DNA of 63,728 nucleotides, counting the filler, from Chiloscyllium plagiosum (lineage: Eukaryota), in assembly GCF_004010195.1 (NCBI RefSeq). It is 6 parts of one record of this genome, joined end to end, with 100 filler letters (N's around TTAATTAATTAA, not from the genome) between each part and the next. Parts side by side here need not be neighbours in the genome. Positions count along the whole stretch, not along the records: positions 59,402 to 63,728 come from NC_057711.1; 5 more parts are not named here. One strand, given 5' to 3'. This document shows positions 62,950-63,728 of the stretch, piece by piece (the first letter of the stretch is position 1; each line of letters opens with the position of its first letter). A program made the position numbers and the translations under genes. The notes under the pieces were generated by a model. The model was not told the origin of the DNA. It searched no databases and worked only from the letters and a program-made list of their open reading frames with translations.

Positions 62950-63728
62950 ATGGATCTGGGAAGCTAGGGAGGAGATAGCAGAGCCTCTGGCTTTGATATT
63001 TGAGTGGTCATTGTCTACAGGTTTGGTACCAGAGGACTGGAGGATTGCAAATGTTGTGCCCTTGTTCAAGAAGGGCAGTAAAGATGACCCAGATAATTGT
63101 AGACCAGTGAGCCTTACTTCTGTTGTAGGAAAGGTTTTGGAAAGGATTATAAGAGATAAAATTTATAATCATCTAGCAAGCAACAATTTGATTTCAGATA
63201 GACAGCATGGTTTCGTCAAGGGCAGGTCGTTTCTCACAAACTTCATTGAGCTTTTTGAGAAGGTGACCAAGCATGTAGATGAGGGTAGGGCAGTTGACGT
63301 GGTATACATGGACTGCAATAAAGCCTTCAATAAGGTTCCACATGATAGGCTGTTGGATAAAATGCAGGGGCATGGAATTGAGAGTGATTTAGCAGTTTGG
63401 ATTAGAAACTGGCTTTCTGAAAGAAGGCAGCGATTGGTGGTTGATGGAAAATATTCAGTCTGGAGTCCAGTTACTAGTGGTGTGCCACAAGGATCTGTTT
63501 TGGGACCACTGCTGTTTGTAATTTTTATAAATGACATAGACACAGGCATAGGGAGGTGGATTAGTAAATTTGCAGATGGCACTAAAGTCGGTGGAGTAGT
63601 GGACAGTGTGGAAGAATGTTACAGATTGCAGGGGGACTCAGATAACTGCAGAATTGGGCTGAGAGGTGGCAAATGGAGTTCAATGCAGCTAAATGTGAGG
63701 TGATGCACTTTGGGAAGAATAACAGGAA
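62950..63728 (+). mobile_element. CR1 RT fragment running off the window end
   Basis: VPEDWRIANVVPLFKKG...KAFNKVPH...SGVPQGSVLGPLLF..KFADGTK (catalytic DD changed to DG). Confidence 0.95.

Noticed and set aside
62927..63703. 258-aa ORF next to the coronin exon
   Set aside because: CR1 RT fragment with a mutated catalytic motif; unrelated to coronin.

Overview
Repeat-rich vertebrate genomic DNA, most likely from a cartilaginous fish such as a bamboo shark. This is inferred from HE1/V-SINE-like and Deu-like SINEs, abundant CR1 LINEs with (CTATGACT)n/(CATAGAA)n tails, and Penelope-like elements. The only host coding sequence I can support is one 91-bp + strand exon at 62009-62099 (SESYQDDIYPMTAGAQPAMTAQEWLSGANK), missed by the ORF track, which matches coronin-2 and most resembles CORO2A. 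No other coronin exon is visible, so most of the window is probably one very large intron. Nearly all long ORFs are decayed retroelements: nested CR1 LINEs (one with an SGNH-esterase ORF1), a Rex1/Babar-type LINE with a tandem duplication, Penelope-like elements (PLE; RT + GIY-YIG), LTRs, a Gypsy gag relic and a two-exon Harbinger Myb/SANT relic. The most notable signal is three PLE-derived families of short or hairpin insertions with 8-16 bp target-site duplications (TSDs) and minimal hammerhead-ribozyme cores. Several are truncated at the ribozyme's CUGAUGA box. The N-TTAATTAATTAA-N blocks are assembly spacers. Family names come from motif recall; no database search was run, and most repeat boundaries are approximate.
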